Virus record (IMG/VR): IMGVR_UViG_2526164632_000021
DNA length: 11,115 nucleotides
From: a virus
Lineage: Duplodnaviria > Heunggongvirae > Uroviricota > Caudoviricetes
Direction: 5' to 3' (one strand)
Shown here: positions 7,950 to 11,115 of the stretch, in pieces
Numbering within the stretch: position 1 is the stretch's first letter
Layout: every line of letters starts with the position of its first letter
Translations under genes and position numbers: made by a program
Notes under the pieces: generated by a model
What the model saw: the letters and a program-made list of their open reading frames with translations, nothing else
What the model was told of the DNA's origin: nothing
Database searches by the model: none

Positions 7950-8446
7950 TTGTCGGTATACCTCTCTCGTTTGCTCAGTTGTTCAGGAATATGGTGCAGC
8001 AGCTCGCCATCACCACAGTAAATAGCGGCATGATTCGGCACCGATGAACCAAAGCAGCACAGCAGCACATCGCCCGGCTGCGCCGCTGACAACGGCACCT
8101 GATACAGCCCCGTTGCCTCCAGATTATCCAGATAGAGATTCTGACCGTGACGCCACCAGTCATCCTCACGATGAAAGTCCGGCATCTCAATCCCCGCCAG
8201 ATGGTAAGCATCCCGGAACAGTGTGTAACAGTCCGTCACCCCGTACTCAAAGCGCCGCCCGGTGAGATGCGGCACACAGCGGAACTTGTGAATCGCCCCC
8301 CGGCAGACCAGCCACCACGGCAAATCGCTCTGCACCTGTAGCCGCCGGTCAGCCTCACTCAGCCAGGGCAGACCACCGGGGTGGCTGTGGACCAGCGCCA
8401 CAATCTCACCCTGCATCTCTGCCTGCAGCCAGTCCTCCGGAGCCAT
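7847..8446 (-). CDS. K: Tail tip assembly protein K (lambda gpK family), 199 aa, with JAB/MPN-like and NlpC/P60-like motifs
   Basis: The length equals my recollection of lambda K (199 aa). It contains HSHPGGLPWLSEAD (a JAMM-type H-x-H...S..D motif) and a downstream Cys/His pair (TDCYTL...NHAAIY) consistent with an NlpC/P60 fold. Position and overlap with I match lambda. Confidence 0.9.
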   Translation of the reverse strand: MAPEDWLQAEMQGEIVALVHSHPGGLPWLSEADRRLQVQSDLPWWLVCRGAIHKFRCVPHLTGRRFEYGVTDCYTLFRDAYHLAGIEMPDFHREDDWWRHGQNLYLDNLEATGLYQVPLSAAQPGDVLLCCFGSSVPNHAAIYCGDGELLHHIPEQLSKRERYTDKWQRRTHSLWRHRAWRASAFTGICNDLAAASTFV

Positions 8447-8544
8447 CCGGAAATAATCCGTAAGCGCATCATTTAAACCGTCTTTCGCCTCCCTTTCCTG
8501 TTTCCGATACTAATGTCCATTTTCGCAGTAAAAGGACATTTAAG

Positions 8545-9195
8545 ATGAATGCACGAAAAGCGGTACTGGCAGATAATCCAGAATTGATCCTGCGTGTGCT
8601 ACAGCTGAGATTTGACGAGTCACTGTCGTACCCGCGCATTTCTGCGCAGACTGGTGTCAGCAAAACCGCCATTTTTTCTCTGGTGAGGCGATTTCACCAG
8701 GTATTCACTGACTGGCCTCTTTCCGGTGAATATTCCTGCGGGCAACTGGCCCGGGCTCTTTTCCCGGGGCGATACCCTTCAGCCCCGACCGTGACTCAGC
8801 CTGTGAAAGCAGAGAAACCCCGCCGGAACCGATTTTCACCGGAGTTTAAATGGAGACTGGTTCAGCAAACTCTTTTACCCGGTGCCTGTGTCGCACAAAT
8901 AGCTCGAGAGAATGGAATTAACGATAACCTGCTCTTTAACTGGCGGCATCTCTGGCGTAACGGTGGCCTGCAACCGCCCGGCGAACATGAAACATCGCTA
9001 CTTCCCGTGACGTTAACTCCGGAGCCGGATAATAAAATCCCGGCACCAGTGCAGATACCTGAACAGATAAATACACTGCCAGACAGTCTGTGCTGCGAGC
9101 TGGTTCTGCCGGCCGGAACTCTCAGGCTGAAAGGTGAACTGACACCGGCGTTATTACAGACACTTATCCGCGAAATGAAAGGGAGCAGCCACTGA
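8545..9195 (+). CDS. tnpA: IS66-family accessory protein TnpA (Orf1), 216 aa, with helix-turn-helix regions
   Basis: It is the first ORF inside the IS66 left end, with Shine-Dalgarno AAGGA about 8 nt upstream. The segment RRNRFSPEFKWRLVQQTLLPGACVAQIARENGINDNLLFNWRHLW resembles the transposase-type HTH of IS66 Orf1. Its stop overlaps the tnpB start (ATGA at 9192-9195). Confidence 0.8.
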   Translation: MNARKAVLADNPELILRVLQLRFDESLSYPRISAQTGVSKTAIFSLVRRFHQVFTDWPLSGEYSCGQLARALFPGRYPSAPTVTQPVKAEKPRRNRFSPEFKWRLVQQTLLPGACVAQIARENGINDNLLFNWRHLWRNGGLQPPGEHETSLLPVTLTPEPDNKIPAPVQIPEQINTLPDSLCCELVLPAGTLRLKGELTPALLQTLIREMKGSSH

Positions 9196-9542
9196 TGATA
9201 TCTCTCCCTGCCGGTTCGCGTATCTGGCTGGTTGCCGGTATCACCGATATGCGAAATGGCTTTAACGGCCTGGCCTCAAAAGTTCAGAACGTCCTGAAGG
9301 ATGACCCGTTCTCCGGGCATCTGTTCATCTTCCGCGGACGCCGGGGTGACCAGATAAAAGTGCTGTGGGCTGACAGTGACGGACTGTGCCTCTTCACCAA
9401 ACGCCTGGAGCGGGGCCGCTTCGTCTGGCCGGTCACCCGCGATGGAAAGGTTCACCTTACTCCGGCTCAGTTGTCCATGCTTCTCGAAGGCATCGACTGG
9501 AAGCACCCGAAACGAACGGAACGCGCTGGCATCCGCATATAA
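9195..9542 (+). CDS. tnpB: IS66-family accessory protein TnpB (Orf2), 115 aa
   Basis: Translation MISLPAGSRIWLVAGITDMRNGFNGLASKVQNVLKDDPFSGHLFIFRGRRGDQIKVLWADSDGLCLFTKRLERGRFVWP matches the highly conserved IS66 TnpB family signature as I recall it. Confidence 0.9.
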   Translation: MISLPAGSRIWLVAGITDMRNGFNGLASKVQNVLKDDPFSGHLFIFRGRRGDQIKVLWADSDGLCLFTKRLERGRFVWPVTRDGKVHLTPAQLSMLLEGIDWKHPKRTERAGIRI

Positions 9543-9561
9543 CCCGTTGTAAAGTGAGGAT

Positions 9562-11115
9562 ATGGACACCTCACTTGCTCATGAGAATGCCCGCCTGCGG
9601 GCACTGTTGCAGACGCAACAGGACACCATCCGCCAGATGGCGAAATACAACCGCCTGCTCTCACAGCGGGTGGCGGCTTATGCTTCCGAAATCAACCGGC
9701 TGAAGGCGCTGGTTGCGAAACTGCAGCGCATGCAGTTCGGTAAAAGCTCAGAAAAACTTCGCGCTAAAACCGAACGGCAGATACAGGAAGCACAGGAGCG
9801 AATCAGCGCACTTCAGGAAGAAATGGCGGAAACGCTGGGTGAGCAATATGACCCGGTACTGCCATCCGCCCTGCGCCAGTCTTCAGCCCGTAAACCGTTA
9901 CCGGCCTCACTTCCCCGTGAAACCCGGGTCATCCGGCCGGAAGAGGAATGCTGCCCGGCCTGTGGTGGTGACCTCAGTCCTCTGGGGTGTGATGTGTCAG
10001 AGCAACTGGAGCTTATCAGCAGCGCCTTTAAGGTTATCGAAACACAACGTCCGAAACTGGCCTGTTGTCGGTGCGACCATATCGTGCAGGCAACAGTACC
10101 TTCAAAACCCATTGCACGCAGTTATGCCGGAGCGGGGCTTCTGGCCCATGTTGTTACCGGGAAATATGCAGACCATCTGCCGTTATACCGCCAGTCAGAA
10201 ATATACCGTCGCCAGGGCGTGGAGCTGAGCCGCGCCACGCTGGGGCGCTGGACAGGTGCCGTTGCTGAACTGCTGGAGCCGCTGTATGACGTCCTGCGCC
10301 AGTATGTGCTGATGCCCGGTAAAGTCCATGCTGATGATATCCCCGTCCCGGTCCAGGAGCCGGGCAGCGGTAAAACCCGGCCGCCCGGCTGTGGGTCTAC
10401 GTCCGTGATGACCGTAACGCCGGTTCGGAAATGCCCCCGGCGGTCTGGTTCGCGTACTCACCGGACCGGAAAGGTATCCATCCACAAAATCATCTGGCCG
10501 GTTACAGCGGTGTGCTTCAGGCCGATGCTTACGGTGGTTACCGGGTGTTATACGAATCCGGCAGAATAACGGAAGCCGCGTGTATGGCTCATGCCCGGAG
10601 AAAATTCCACGATGTGCATGCAAGAGTGCCCACCGACATCACCACGGAAGCCCTGCAGCGTATCGGTGAACTGTATGCCATAGAGGCAGAAGTCCGGGGA
10701 TGTACAGCAGAACAGCGTCTGGCGGCAAGAAAAGCCAGAGCTGCGCCACTGATGCAGTCACTGTATGACTGGATACAGACTCAGATGAAAACACTGTCGC
10801 GTCACTCGGATACGGCAAAAGCGTTCGCATACCTGCTGAAACAGTGGGATGGCCTGAACGTGTACTGCAGTAATGGCTGGGTGGAAATCGACAACAACAT
10901 CGCAGAGAACGCCTTACGGGGAGTGGCCGTAGGCCGGAAAAACTGGCTGTTCGCGGGTTCCGACAGCGGTGGCGAACATGCGGCGGTGTTGTACTCGCTG
11001 ATCGGCACATGCCGTCTGAACAATGTGGAACCAGAAAAATGGCTGCGTTACGTCATTGAGCATATCCAGGATTGGCCGGCAAACCGGGTACGCGATCTGT
11101 TGCCCTGGAAAGTTG
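9562..11115 (+). pseudogene. tnpC: IS66-family transposase TnpC carrying an apparent -1 frameshift near 10380; 3'-partial at the window edge
   Basis: Frame 1 (9562-10569) encodes the TnpC N-terminus with a leucine-zipper-like region and a CxxC...CxxC zinc-finger-like motif, up to ...PGSGKTR. The reading then continues in frame 0 from about 10380 as [79 protein letters not shown]... to the window end. That downstream frame matches the tnpC fragment at 751-1179. One nucleotide appears to be missing around 10381. Confidence 0.8.

Larger units (their letters stand above)
8460..11115 (+). mobile_element. IS66-family insertion sequence (tnpA-tnpB-tnpC), left end at 8460, running off the right edge of the window
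   Basis: The left terminus begins GTAAGCGCATCATTTAAACCG at 8460; IS66-family ends typically start GTAA. The three-gene layout with ATGA-coupled tnpA/tnpB is diagnostic of the IS66 family. Confidence 0.88.

Noticed and set aside
8490-8530. Short inverted repeat atgtcc...ggacat just upstream of tnpA
   Set aside because: It is only 6 bp with a 15-nt spacer and overlaps the tnpA ribosome-binding site. It could be an operator or translational control element, but it is too weak to call as a feature.
9713-10228. Plus-strand ORF (171 aa) inside the right-hand IS66
   Set aside because: It is an alternative frame overlapping the tnpC coding frame. Its composition is Arg/Ser/Cys-rich and nothing supports it as a gene.
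749-11115. Possibility that the two IS66 segments are the same element seen twice (circular molecule or assembly wrap-around)
   Set aside because: The overlapping 410 bp differ at roughly 15 positions, including codon-changing differences, so these are two distinct copies.

Overview
This window is an IS-disrupted fragment of a lambda-like (lambdoid) prophage tail-tip module, most likely from an Escherichia/Shigella-type genome. The phage genes all lie on the minus strand in lambda order: K (8446-7847), I (7949-7308), an extra AT-rich lipoprotein gene (7234-6896), J host-specificity protein (6829-3350), lom (3282-2683) and a side-tail-fibre stf-like gene with a collagen-like repeat (2531-1218). 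This 7.2 kb segment is bracketed by two diverged IS66-family elements in the same orientation. The left one (749-1209) is only the 3' end of tnpC plus the terminal repeat, and is itself interrupted by an IS2 copy (1-748, partial insD). The right one (8460 to the window end) carries tnpA, tnpB and a frameshifted tnpC. The most interesting item is the small low-GC outer-membrane lipoprotein gene in the I-J gap, which I read as a moron and a candidate superinfection-exclusion or defence factor. All homology statements are from reading the translations and from memory of lambda, IS2 and IS66 proteins; no database search was run.
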